A stretch of 64,000 nt of DNA from Flavobacteriales bacterium (lineage in GTDB: Bacteria > Bacteroidota > Bacteroidia > Palsa-965): the NCBI GenBank assembly GCA_040377305.1, contig JBEIPA010000016.1, positions 53,414 to 117,413 of the forward strand, in the 5' to 3' direction. How positions within the stretch are numbered: position 1 is the stretch's first letter; every line of letters begins with the position of its first letter. A model generated the notes under the pieces. That model saw only the letters and a list, made by a program, of their open reading frames with translations. It was not told the origin of the DNA and ran no database searches. The translations under genes were made by a program, and so were the position numbers. Positions 48,091 through 58,700 of the stretch are shown piece after piece.

Positions 48091-48109
48091 AACAATATCT
48101 TTGCACGCA

Positions 48110-49969
48110 ATGAAGAAATTCTTTGGGGTTCTCAAATACGTGAAAGGCTACTGGCGTTATGCGTGGTTGAATATTTTCTTCAATATTCTATCCGTTGTAT
48201 TCAACCTATTCTCGCTGCTATCTGTAATTCCCCTTTTAAACCTGCTCTTCATTTCCAAAGACGAAGAATTCGCTGAGATTGTTGCAAAGGGAAATCCGGT
48301 TGTAGGATTCGACATCAACTCCGCTCTTGATTGGGTGAATTACAAGTTTGCACTCTACATTTCCGGTAGCGCGAATCCTTCTCAGGCGCGTCTTGAAATA
48401 CTGTTCTACATCTGTGTTTGTATTATCGGAATTTTCTTTTTCAAAAGCCTCACGCGTTACCTGGCCATGTTCTTTATTGCAATTATCAGGAACGGTGTAG
48501 TACGCGATTTCAGGAATGCGATGTATAGAAAATGTCTCCGACTGCCGTTGTCGTGGTACTCAAACGAACGTAAGGGTGATATTATGAGCCGCATGACTTC
48601 TGACCTGCACGAAGTTGAATGGAGTGTAATGAGCTCATTGGAGATGACATTCCGTGAGCCGATCACAATAGTTGCTATTCTGGTAATGATGATCATGATG
48701 AGCTGGCAGCTGACCATTGCGGTACTGATAGCAACTCCAATTATCGGATTACTGCTCAGTGTTGTGTCTAAAAGTCTGAAACGATCCTCCGCAAAAGCAA
48801 AAGAGAAGCATGGCCTGATGCTTTCTTTACTGGAGGAAATGCTGGGTGGACTCCGCATCATTAAAGGGTTCAATGCTGAAGAGCGCATGTCCGATAAATT
48901 CAAGCAGGAAAATCAGGACTACACACGCATCATGGTCCGGAATTACAGAAAAACCGATCTCGCTTCACCGTTGAGTGAATTTCTGATCGTTGTTGTCATT
49001 TCAGGCGTACTCTATTACGGAGGCAATCTGGTCATTCAGGAAAATACCATGGATGGAGAAAAATTCGTTGGCTATCTATTGATTTTTTTCCAACTGATTA
49101 CACCGGTACGCCAATTCACTCAAGCCTATTACAACGTGCAGAAAGGATTAGCATCAAAAGAACGTATTGATGTTATTCTCCACGCAGAAGAATCTATCAA
49201 AGACATTGATCATCCGAAGTCTGTTGGCATATTCAGCAAGGAAATAGAATACCGCGATGTAAGTTTCGCTTACGTTCGGGGCGATGAAGGTTACGCCGTG
49301 AAGAATCTGAATCTGAAAGTGGAGAAAGGAAAAACAGTTGCACTGGTTGGACAATCAGGATCCGGAAAAACCACCATGGCCGATTTGCTTCCACGTTTCT
49401 ATGATGTGAGTGGTGGACAAGTGCTAATTGATGGAACAGATATTCGAGAAGTGAGCATGCATGAGCTGAGATCGATTATGGGAATTGTTTCTCAGGAATC
49501 AATTCTGTTTAACGATACGGTATTCAACAACATAGCATTCGGCACAAACGGCGTTACACAAGAGCAGGTAGAAGAAGCAGCACGAATTGCAAATGCCCAC
49601 GAATTCATTGCAGAAATGCCGGATGGATATCAAACCAACATCGGTGATCGCGGCTCGAAAATGTCGGGTGGACAGCGTCAACGTATTGCCATTGCAAGAG
49701 CTATTCTAAAAAACCCGCCGATTCTGATTCTTGACGAAGCAACTTCCGCACTTGATACAAGCAGCGAACGCCTTGTTCAGGATGCACTGAACAACCTGAT
49801 GAAGAACAGAACTTCGATTATCATAGCGCATAGATTGAGCACCATTCAGCACGCGAATGAAATTATCGTGTTGAAGAAGGGAGAAATAATCGAACGCGGT
49901 ACCCACAGCGATCTGTTGGTCAAAAACGGGGCTTACAAGCAACTGTATGATATGCAGGCATTTGTATAG
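48110..49969 (+). CDS. MsbA-like ABC transporter (fused permease/ATPase)
   Basis: TM domain, Walker A GQSGSGKTT, MSGGQRQR, ILDEATSALD, AHRLST. Confidence 0.93.
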   Translation: MKKFFGVLKYVKGYWRYAWLNIFFNILSVVFNLFSLLSVIPLLNLLFISKDEEFAEIVAKGNPVVGFDINSALDWVNYKFALYISGSANPSQARLEILFYICVCIIGIFFFKSLTRYLAMFFIAIIRNGVVRDFRNAMYRKCLRLPLSWYSNERKGDIMSRMTSDLHEVEWSVMSSLEMTFREPITIVAILVMMIMMSWQLTIAVLIATPIIGLLLSVVSKSLKRSSAKAKEKHGLMLSLLEEMLGGLRIIKGFNAEERMSDKFKQENQDYTRIMVRNYRKTDLASPLSEFLIVVVISGVLYYGGNLVIQENTMDGEKFVGYLLIFFQLITPVRQFTQAYYNVQKGLASKERIDVILHAEESIKDIDHPKSVGIFSKEIEYRDVSFAYVRGDEGYAVKNLNLKVEKGKTVALVGQSGSGKTTMADLLPRFYDVSGGQVLIDGTDIREVSMHELRSIMGIVSQESILFNDTVFNNIAFGTNGVTQEQVEEAARIANAHEFIAEMPDGYQTNIGDRGSKMSGGQRQRIAIARAILKNPPILILDEATSALDTSSERLVQDALNNLMKNRTSIIIAHRLSTIQHANEIIVLKKGEIIERGTHSDLLVKNGAYKQLYDMQAFV

Positions 49970-50068
49970 CTAGCGATCAACTGAAGACGTAAGAATTGCT
50001 CCCATTTGGTACCCTACCGAAGAACCCGAATTCCTATATTTGTACATCTTAAAATCAAGGAAACAACC

Positions 50069-51004
50069 ATGACAAAAATTCTACTTTCTTCAGTTGCTAT
50101 TGCGGCTCTTTCGCTTTCTGTGAACGCACAGGCATTCATTCCTAACAGCGGTTTCGAATCGTGGGGAACAACAGCAGGCGAAGACATTCAGCCAACCGGT
50201 TGGGTATCTTACAACGTATTTACATTTAGCTTGTTTGAAACAAGCGGAGCTAATCCAACTTCAGTTACACAAGCGGGAACTCCCGATAACTATCAAGGAA
50301 ATTATTCTGCGAAGATCACGACGGTTGATCTCGTAAGTAATCCTTCAACTGCGGATATTCCCAATCGTGCTGGTGTTATGTACACCGGTGCTGTTGCATT
50401 CAGCTCACCTTATTTGTTTCCCGGATATGCTTCTCAACAGAAGCCACAAACGCTTACTTACTTCGCGAAGTATTCGCCAGTTGGTGGAGACAGTGCATAT
50501 TGCGCAGTAGTACTCACACGCTGGAACGGATCAAGTCGCGACACACTTGCGTATGGAATTGATGGGTTGACTGGCACGACTACCAGCTATGCTCAACGTA
50601 CAATAACTTTGACTTACGATCCAACTTTCGTAAACGATTTCCCGGATTCAATCAGCATCGGCTTCAGCTCAAGTTCTTTCATGAGCCCACAAGTTGGCAG
50701 CGCATTATACGTTGATGCACTTTCGTTTACTGGTTATGTTGGGGTAGACGAAATCAACAACAACAATGGTGTTTCGGTTTACCCGAATCCATCTGCTGTA
50801 TCGACTCAGTTCGATGTAACAGTGGACAACGCCGCACAGGTTGTTGTATTCGACATGACAGGTCGCGAGGTAGCACGTGAGAATTTCAATGGCAAAGTTG
50901 CACGCGTAAATTCCGCAGCTCTTGCAAACGGTTCTTATACGTATACAATTATCAGCAACGAAGCTGAAGTTGTAAACCGCGGACAATTCGCTGTGGCGCA
51001 CTAA
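50069..51004 (+). CDS. T9SS type-A CTD protein with a carbohydrate-binding-like jelly-roll domain
   Basis: IPNSGFESW...GSALYVDALSF, then VYPNPS...VFDMTGR CTD. Confidence 0.82.
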   Translation: MTKILLSSVAIAALSLSVNAQAFIPNSGFESWGTTAGEDIQPTGWVSYNVFTFSLFETSGANPTSVTQAGTPDNYQGNYSAKITTVDLVSNPSTADIPNRAGVMYTGAVAFSSPYLFPGYASQQKPQTLTYFAKYSPVGGDSAYCAVVLTRWNGSSRDTLAYGIDGLTGTTTSYAQRTITLTYDPTFVNDFPDSISIGFSSSSFMSPQVGSALYVDALSFTGYVGVDEINNNNGVSVYPNPSAVSTQFDVTVDNAAQVVVFDMTGREVARENFNGKVARVNSAALANGSYTYTIISNEAEVVNRGQFAVAH

Positions 51005-51026
51005 GGAACGATCTATTCACTTACCG

Positions 51027-51059
51027 ACCCGTTATACTGAAAAGTGTAACGGGTTTTTT
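51027..51059 (+). terminator. Intrinsic terminator
   Basis: ACCCGTTATACT-GAAA-AGTGTAACGGGT plus T tract. Confidence 0.85.
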
Positions 51060-51259
51060 CGTGCATGGTTTCTGGCTCAGTACTTTTCGTTCTGCTTGAA
51101 ACCCAAAATAAGCCAGATTGAGGTCGGTGGCGCGTGTTAAATCCGCCACAAGGAACTGTAATCCGGTATTTTCCGGCACTTGGAAAGAATTTCCTGTACA
51201 GTTGTCATTTCACCTGTAGTACTACGAGGAAGTTGCATAATTTTGGTACAGCAAATTAC

Positions 51260-53035
51260 ATGAACAACCCTACTTTCCTGATTCTCACAATTGCTGCATT
51301 TACGCTTGCGTCGTGCGGCAATAATTCAAACGACCAGGGCGAAACGCTGGCCAGTGCCCAGGATCCCGAGAAGATTAACGAACTGGTTAACGAACAGCTT
51401 GGCGCACAGCTAATCAAAGTCGACACATCCAAAACGTGGCGATTTGGTGACGACACCATTACGGCGGTTCCGCAGGTGAAAGAATTCTATACGTCAATTG
51501 CGAACAAACAAGCGTGGTTTGAAGGAGCACAACTTACGGCGAGTGGCGATTCCATGATGATCCTCATTCGTGATGCAGAATATTTCGGATTGATACCCGA
51601 AGATTATCATGCTTCAGTCATTGACAGTCTGATTCAAACAGCTTACGATTCAGTAGAAGAAGCATACAACGTAAACAAAATTGCCACCGCGGATATTCTA
51701 ATGAGTGATGCGTTTTTTGCAATGATCGTTCACGCTTCCGTTGGCAGACTCGCGAATGATAGTGCGGATGTGCGCCTATGGAAAATGACCACCCTTGACA
51801 CCAATCTTATTCCGTTTCTCACTGAGGCACGAAAGACTTCTCAGATCAGAAAAACCATCGAAGCATTTGAACCGCAGAGACTCGAGTATCAGTCTGTAAA
51901 GAAGTATATGAATGCCTATCGCGCGTCTATGAGAGGAATTACGTGGGAACATTTGCCTGATCGCAAAACAGATAGTCTCGGATTTTTCAACGCGATTGAC
52001 CAACGACTCAAACAAATGAATGATTGGGACACATCACTAGTTGGAAGTGATTCACTCAAACGTGCATCTGCTCTTAAGAAATTTCAGAAGCGGTTCTACC
52101 TCGAACAAGATGGAAAAATCGGACGTAACACGCTTCTTGCTTTGAACATGACACCCGAAGACTGGACTCGTCAAATGGCCATGAACATGGAACGCTGGAG
52201 ATACGAGCCTGAAAAGTTCGAGAAGCGACACATGATTGTGAATTTGCCTGCTTACAAAATGACGGTGTGGGAAGAAGATACGATTGTGATGGAATCGCGC
52301 ATTGTGTGTGGTGCGGTGAAAACCCAAACGCCGCAACTAGACAGCAAGATGTATCAGATCGTGTTGTATCCGTACTGGACTGTTCCATACAGTATTGCCT
52401 GGAAAGAGATACTTCCACAGGTAAAACGCGACTCTGCATACCTGCGCAAGAACCGGTACGAAGTTTTGGATCGCAACAAGCAGGTGATTGATCCGAACAC
52501 GATCAACTGGAAGAAATACGGAAAGGGAAATCTTCCATACCAGTTCCGTCAGAAGACCGGCGACGATAATGCCCTTGGTGTCATGAAGTTTGAATTTCAC
52601 AATCCATTTGCGGTGTATATGCACGACACGAATGCGAAACGTTATTTCAAAACCGAGACACGTGCGTACAGTCACGGTTGCATGCGACTGGAGAAATACA
52701 TGGACCTTGCGTATTTCCTATTGCGCGACGACAGTGTGAAATATCCGAAAGACACGTTTGATATTTGGGTGAAACAAGACACGCAACGTAAAATCAATTT
52801 GCGTAAACCACTTCCAATTCATGTCCGTTATTACACTTGTGTTGTTGATACAAACGGTGTTGTTGAATTACACACGGATGTATACTTACGTGATGAGCGA
52901 ATGATCAAAGCGATTTATGGTGTTCCTGAGCCTGTTTCTCCAGCTGAAAAAACTCCTGCAGCTCCGGTGAATACTGCGACTGACAAGACGAAGAAGTCAG
53001 CGATTGTAAGAAAACGGGAAGTGCTCCAAACTTAA
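51260..53035 (+). CDS. L,D-transpeptidase (YcbB/LdtD-like) lipoprotein
   Basis: Lipobox LASC, PG-binding DGKIG, VNLPAY, NALG.MKF, YMHDT, SHGCMR catalytic motif. Confidence 0.92.
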   Translation: MNNPTFLILTIAAFTLASCGNNSNDQGETLASAQDPEKINELVNEQLGAQLIKVDTSKTWRFGDDTITAVPQVKEFYTSIANKQAWFEGAQLTASGDSMMILIRDAEYFGLIPEDYHASVIDSLIQTAYDSVEEAYNVNKIATADILMSDAFFAMIVHASVGRLANDSADVRLWKMTTLDTNLIPFLTEARKTSQIRKTIEAFEPQRLEYQSVKKYMNAYRASMRGITWEHLPDRKTDSLGFFNAIDQRLKQMNDWDTSLVGSDSLKRASALKKFQKRFYLEQDGKIGRNTLLALNMTPEDWTRQMAMNMERWRYEPEKFEKRHMIVNLPAYKMTVWEEDTIVMESRIVCGAVKTQTPQLDSKMYQIVLYPYWTVPYSIAWKEILPQVKRDSAYLRKNRYEVLDRNKQVIDPNTINWKKYGKGNLPYQFRQKTGDDNALGVMKFEFHNPFAVYMHDTNAKRYFKTETRAYSHGCMRLEKYMDLAYFLLRDDSVKYPKDTFDIWVKQDTQRKINLRKPLPIHVRYYTCVVDTNGVVELHTDVYLRDERMIKAIYGVPEPVSPAEKTPAAPVNTATDKTKKSAIVRKREVLQT

Positions 53036-53091
53036 ACGTTTATAAACGGCTTAGATAATTTCTGGTTCGTAATCTTGCACATACAAACTAT

Positions 53092-53629
53092 ATGCAAGAT
53101 GAAATCGAAATAAGATTACACAGACGAGAAGATTCTCAACCAAATTCACATTGTTCGCGGACAGAAAATCATGTACGATTTTGACTTGGCGTCGCTTTAC
53201 GGTCTTGAAACAAAACACTTAAAGCAAGCAGTTCGAAGAAACCTAAATAGATTCCCGGTCGACTTTATGTTTGAACTGACCCAGGAAGAATTTGAAAATC
53301 AAAGGTCACAAATTGTGACCTTCAATTCATTGAAATACAGGCCGTTCTGCTTTACCGAACAGGGAGTAACCATGCTGGCGTGCATCCTGAACAGCGAGTT
53401 AGCCATTCAGATGAACATTCGCATCATTCGTTTATTCACGCGAATGCGGGAAATTCTTAATTCACATCGCGATATTCTCAGTCGTCTGGAAGCAATCGAG
53501 AAAAACGTAGACGATCACGACGAACATCTGAAGCACATTTTCGAAGCATTAAGATTTCTGATACAGCGCGATGAAATTCGGGTGAAGACGAAAGCGATCG
53601 GTTTTAATAAGAACAGGAACGAAACTTAA
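53092..53629 (+). pseudogene. ORF6N (KilA-N-like) domain gene interrupted near its 5' end
   Basis: Family-like sequence TDEKILNQIHIVRGQKIMYDFDLA..YG.ETK.L.QAV.RN..RFP.DFMF extends upstream of ATG 53171 but meets in-frame TAA 53111-53113; ATG 53092 is in another frame. Confidence 0.6.
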
Positions 53630-53649
53630 TTACAAATTAAATTTCACGC

Positions 53650-54858
53650 TTACGATCCACCCCAATATTCAAACTTATCGTAGGGATAACGCTTTGAGTG
53701 AATCGCCTTCACTTCATCGAACAACATGGTGCGCAGCTGTTCGATATTCTCGCGATCGGTTGCAGAAATAAAAATGCATGGATTACTCAGCTTGCTCATC
53801 CAACTTTTCTCCAGCTCCTTCAAGGTGAGTACCTGCTTCTTTGTGGGATCGAGCAAGTGTTCTTCTTTCGGTGGTTCGCGGTAAGCATCAATCTTGTTGA
53901 ACACCAGAATTGTTCGCTTATCACCTGCGCCAATTTCCATCAGCGTTGATTTCACCACATTGATCTGATCTTCAAAATGCGGATGTGAAATATCTACAAC
54001 GTGCAGAAGAATATCTGCTTCACGTGTTTCATCAAGCGTCGATTTGAATGATTCAACGAGCTGTGTTGGAAGTTTGCGGATGAATCCTACAGTATCACTG
54101 AGCAGGAACGGCAAATTCCCAACGACTACTTTTCTTACGGTTGTATCAAGTGTCGCAAACAATTTATTTTCTGCGAATACGTTCGACTTGCTCAAAACAT
54201 TCATGAGTGTCGACTTCCCGACGTTTGTGTATCCAACTAATGCCACGCGAACCAGCTCTCCCCTGCCCTTCCGCTGCGTCGCCATTTGCCGGTCGATATT
54301 CTTCAGTTCGTCTTTCAGCAATGAAATCCGGTCGCGGATAATACGACGATCCGTTTCAATTTCTTTCTCACCAGCACCGCCTCGTGTACCTGTTCCGCCT
54401 CGTTGACGTTCAAGGTGAGTCCACAAACCAGTGAGTCGCGGAAGCAAATACTGATAACGCGCGAGTTCAACTTGCGTACGTGCATGCGAAGTGCGTGCGC
54501 GATCTGCGAAGATGTCGAGGATCAATAAGTTTCTGTCAACTACTTTCTTGCCAAATTCCTTTTCGAGATTTCGTTGCTGAGAAGGAGAAAGTTCGTCGTC
54601 GAAAACAACAACATCAATATTGTTTTCTTCCAGATAACGTTTGATCTCTTTCGCCTTTCCGGAACCGATGTGAAATTTCGGATCGGGATGTTCCAGTTTC
54701 TGTGTGAAACGTTTTACCGGCACCAATTGCGCTGTCGTGGCAAGAAAAGCAAGCTCATCGAGATACTCGTCGAGCAAATCGGCGTCCTGGCGTTTGTCAA
54801 TTACACCCACCAGCACCGCGGTTTGCTTTGCTTGTAATATGTTCAGATTATCAATCAT
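53650..54858 (-). CDS. hflX: GTPase HflX
   Basis: ELSPSQQRNLE, GEKEIETDRR, GYTNVGKST, LFATLD, DTVGFI, NKID. Confidence 0.97.
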   Translation of the reverse strand: MIDNLNILQAKQTAVLVGVIDKRQDADLLDEYLDELAFLATTAQLVPVKRFTQKLEHPDPKFHIGSGKAKEIKRYLEENNIDVVVFDDELSPSQQRNLEKEFGKKVVDRNLLILDIFADRARTSHARTQVELARYQYLLPRLTGLWTHLERQRGGTGTRGGAGEKEIETDRRIIRDRISLLKDELKNIDRQMATQRKGRGELVRVALVGYTNVGKSTLMNVLSKSNVFAENKLFATLDTTVRKVVVGNLPFLLSDTVGFIRKLPTQLVESFKSTLDETREADILLHVVDISHPHFEDQINVVKSTLMEIGAGDKRTILVFNKIDAYREPPKEEHLLDPTKKQVLTLKELEKSWMSKLSNPCIFISATDRENIEQLRTMLFDEVKAIHSKRYPYDKFEYWGGS

Positions 54859-54876
54859 GAATTATTTTCCTCTCCA

Positions 54877-55212
54877 CTACTTACGCAATGACTCAACGTA
54901 CTTCGTGAGCACTTCAATTTCTTCCTTAGAAAACTGACTTGAGAACGCACGCATTCCATTTCTTCCGTTCGTTATCACGTTAACTGTATTTGCATGCGAC
55001 AAAACACTCGTCGATAAATCTGTTGCTCCCGACATTCCTGCCTTCCCGTCTTTCCCGTGACAAACCACGCAGTTGTCCATATACAATTCTGCACCTGTCG
55101 CAACTACATCGGTTGATTCATCGGTATTCGAATTCACTTCACTTCCACCACAGGAATAAATAAACAGGCCTGTTGTCAATACGACTGCCCAAATCGAAAC
55201 AAAAACTTTCAT
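54877..55212 (-). CDS. Monoheme cytochrome c lipoprotein
   Basis: Lipobox IYSC, CVVCH heme motif, distal Met (NGM). Confidence 0.9.
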   Translation of the reverse strand: MKVFVSIWAVVLTTGLFIYSCGGSEVNSNTDESTDVVATGAELYMDNCVVCHGKDGKAGMSGATDLSTSVLSHANTVNVITNGRNGMRAFSSQFSKEEIEVLTKYVESLRK

Positions 55213-55221
55213 AATCGAATT

Positions 55222-55662
55222 TTAAAACCAGCCGCGTGAAGCAAACATCTCACGGAAAGGCCAAGGGATACAAGCAAGAACGATCACCAGTGCAATTGTA
55301 AACATCCAGGCAATTGTTTTAAATTTCTTTTCGTCAGAAGAGGCACGTTTTGCTTTCGCACTTCCGATTGTCAGCAACACAGCCGCAACAAGCATGCCCA
55401 GCGTATGTTCAACCGTGAAGAAACGAACTACAGGCTCCTTCATCTCACCGAACATGGATGCCCAATTATTAGCGAAAAACAAAACAAATCCGAGGACCAC
55501 CTGCAAATGGAAAAACAACACAGTGAATGACGCCAGTTTCTTATCGATTGGTAGATAATTTTTCTTTCCCATTACACCACCAATTGCTTTCACAGTGGTG
55601 ATAATCAGGAATAATAAAACGATCCAACGAATACCTGAGTGAGCTGCAATAAGTGCTTCCAT
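55222..55662 (-). CDS. 4-TM membrane protein with conserved histidines (cytochrome b-like)
   Basis: AHSGIRW, HLQ..LG, EH..GM, IPWPFR. Confidence 0.75.
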   Translation of the reverse strand: MEALIAAHSGIRWIVLLFLIITTVKAIGGVMGKKNYLPIDKKLASFTVLFFHLQVVLGFVLFFANNWASMFGEMKEPVVRFFTVEHTLGMLVAAVLLTIGSAKAKRASSDEKKFKTIAWMFTIALVIVLACIPWPFREMFASRGWF

Positions 55663-55787
55663 TTTACGGGTGATTTAGTCCGGTCAAAAGTACTGAAAAA
55701 CAAGTCTTTTCCACCGTTCATCCTTGCAGCTTCCAATAAGGCGGAAAATAAGATACATTTGCCGCTTACCTGATTGATTTTTAGCTG

Positions 55788-58700
55788 ATGAAACATTCGA
55801 TTTTATCTGTGCTGGGTGCTTTGGTTTTCACGATTGCCAACGCTCAGGTTTCCACATTCCCGGTCAACGGCGCACCGGATAAACGTCACACCGTATTTGC
55901 GTTCTCCAATGCCCGTATTCAGGTTGATCCTGAAACGGTTATTGAAAAGGGAACTATGCTCGTGCAGGATGGAAATATCCTGGCAGTTGGTGCTGCCGTG
56001 ATTGTTCCTAAGGAAGCTGTAGTCTACGATCTCACGGGGAAATCGATTTACCCTTCGTTCATTGATCCGTACACCACGTATGGAATGCCCGCAGTTCCGC
56101 GCAGAAGTTGGAATTCAAATCCTCAGTACGAATCGAATCGCGCTGGTGCCTTCGGATGGAACGAGGCCTTGAAACCGGAAGTGAACGCGAGTGAAAAATT
56201 CTCTTCGAGCACAGATCAGGCTGCTGAACTTCGTAACTGCGGATTCGGAACAGTCATGATGTTCGCAAAAGATGGAATCGCACGTGGTACAGCGGGTGTT
56301 GCAACACTGAATCCGGAAGACGGAGATAACGCTGCGCTTCTGAAAGCAAAAGCTGCGGCGTGTTACTCTTTCGATAAGGGTTCTTCTTCTCAGGAATATC
56401 CGAGTTCGCTGATGGGTGCAATTGCCTTGATGCGTCAAACGTATTACGATGCAGACTGGTATCGCACAGCGAAAAACAAAACGGAATTCAATCTTACTCT
56501 GGAAGCATGGAATTCAAATCAAACCTTGCCGTCAATATTCGAAACTTCCGACAAATGGAATGTGTTACGCGCCGATAAAGTTGGTGACGAATTCAATGTT
56601 CAGTACATATTCAAAGGCAGCGGCAACGAATACCAGCGTATGGAAGAGATGAAAGCTACGAATGGCTCCTTCATCATTCCATTGAATTTCCCGGAGCCAT
56701 ATAACCTCGAAGATCCTTACGATGCGGAGATGGTTGACTATGCTGATCTCAAACATTGGGAACTGGCACCGCTCAATCCAGGTGCATTCGAGAAATACAA
56801 CATTAAGTTTGCGCTCACGACAACTGATCTGAAAGACAAGAAAGAATTTCTGGCGCGTGTTCGAAAATCAATTGAATACGGATTGACACCTAAAGCTGCT
56901 CTTCGTGCATTGACCGTCACGCCGGCGGAAATGCTGGGAATTCAGAATGAAGTAGGTTCGCTCAGAGCTGGCATGGTCGCAAATTTCATCATCACCAGCG
57001 GCGACATTTTCACAGAAGGAACGATGCTGTTTGAGAACTGGGTACGCGGACGTCGCTACATCATCAACGATTACAACCTCGTTGATCTTCGCGGCACCTA
57101 CGACCTCAACGCGCCTCAGCTCGCACCTGCAGGATTAAAAATTGAAGGTGAAGCTTCCCGACTGAAAGGCTTCTACCTTCCTGCTGATTCTGCGAAGCAA
57201 CCTCTGACAGTTACGTTGTCTGGATCACTCGTGAGTATTTCCTTCTACTCGAAAGCGAAAGAAGGTGTTGTCCGTCTATCAGGCAATGTAAATCCGGAAA
57301 CCAAATTCATGAGTGGCCGCGGACAACTTCCGGATGGAACCTGGATTGACTGGATGGCGACGCAAAAAACACCTTACGTTCCGAAAGCAAAAGAGAAAGA
57401 TACAACTGCGAAAGACCTTCCAACTCTGGCAGAAGTAATTTATCCTTTCGCTGCATACGGACAACCACGTGGGGATTCCACCATCCGCACTTACATCCGC
57501 GACAGAAACGACACAGATTATGTTTCCCGTCTCCGCAGAAAGTACGATGCAATTCTCATCAAGAACATCACTGTGTGGACAAACTCCGGCGGTGCAGACA
57601 GCATTGTACCGAATGCTGATGTGTATATCGTCAACAATCGGATTGTGCGAATTGACACAGGAGAAATTGCTCCAACCAAAGGAGCGTTTGCATTAACGAT
57701 TGATGGCACCGGAAAATTTCTCACCCCTGGAATTATTGACGAACACTCGCACATCGCGGTCTCAGGTGGCGTTAATGAAGGCACTCAGGCCTCAAGCTCT
57801 GAAGTTAGAATTGGTGATGTAGTTAACCCGGACGACATCAACATCTATCGTCAGCTTGCCGGTGGAGTTGTTGCATGTCAGCAATTACATGGCTCTGCGA
57901 ATCCAATTGGTGGACAGTCGAGCTTAATCAAGCTTCGTTGGGGAGCAAATGCTGAACAGATGAAAATTGCGAATTCACCTGGCTTCATCAAGTTTGCACT
58001 TGGTGAGAATGTGAAGCAATCGAATTGGGGCGACAACCAACAATCTCGCTTCCCACAAACGCGCATGGGTGTGGAGCAGGTTTATTACGATCACTTCATT
58101 CGTGCGAAGGAATACGCAGCACAGTGGGAGGCCTGGAAGAAATTGCCAGCGAAAGACAAAGAAAAAGCAACACCTCCACGCCGCGATCTCGAACTGGATG
58201 CGCTCGTAGAAATTCTTTTCGGAACGCGCTTCATCACGTGTCACTCGTACGTTCAATCTGAAATCAATATGCTCATGCAGGTTTCAGATTCAATGGGCTT
58301 TCATGTAAATACGTTCACGCACATTCTTGAAGGATACAAAGTGGCAGACAAAATGAAAGCGCGTGGTGTTGGTGCATCATCATTCTCCGACTGGTGGGCA
58401 TACAAGTTCGAAGTGAAAGATGCGATTCCTTACAATGCTGCAATTCTCTATCGCATGGGAATTGTAACGGCAATCAATTCCGACGATGCGGAAATGGCGC
58501 GCCGTCTTAATCAGGAAGCAGCAAAGAGCATAAAGTACGGCGGACTTACCGAAATGCAGGCGTTCTCAATGGTGACAATCAATCCGGCAAAACTCTTGCA
58601 CCTTGACGATCACATGGGAATTGTGAAGCCAGGATACGATGCAGATCTTGTAATCTGGTCGGGCAATCCTACTTCCGTTTACGGAAAAGTAGAAACAACG

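Noticed and set aside
53092-53629. ORF6N as a prophage marker
   Set aside because: It is solitary between housekeeping genes; no integrase, structural or replication genes in the window
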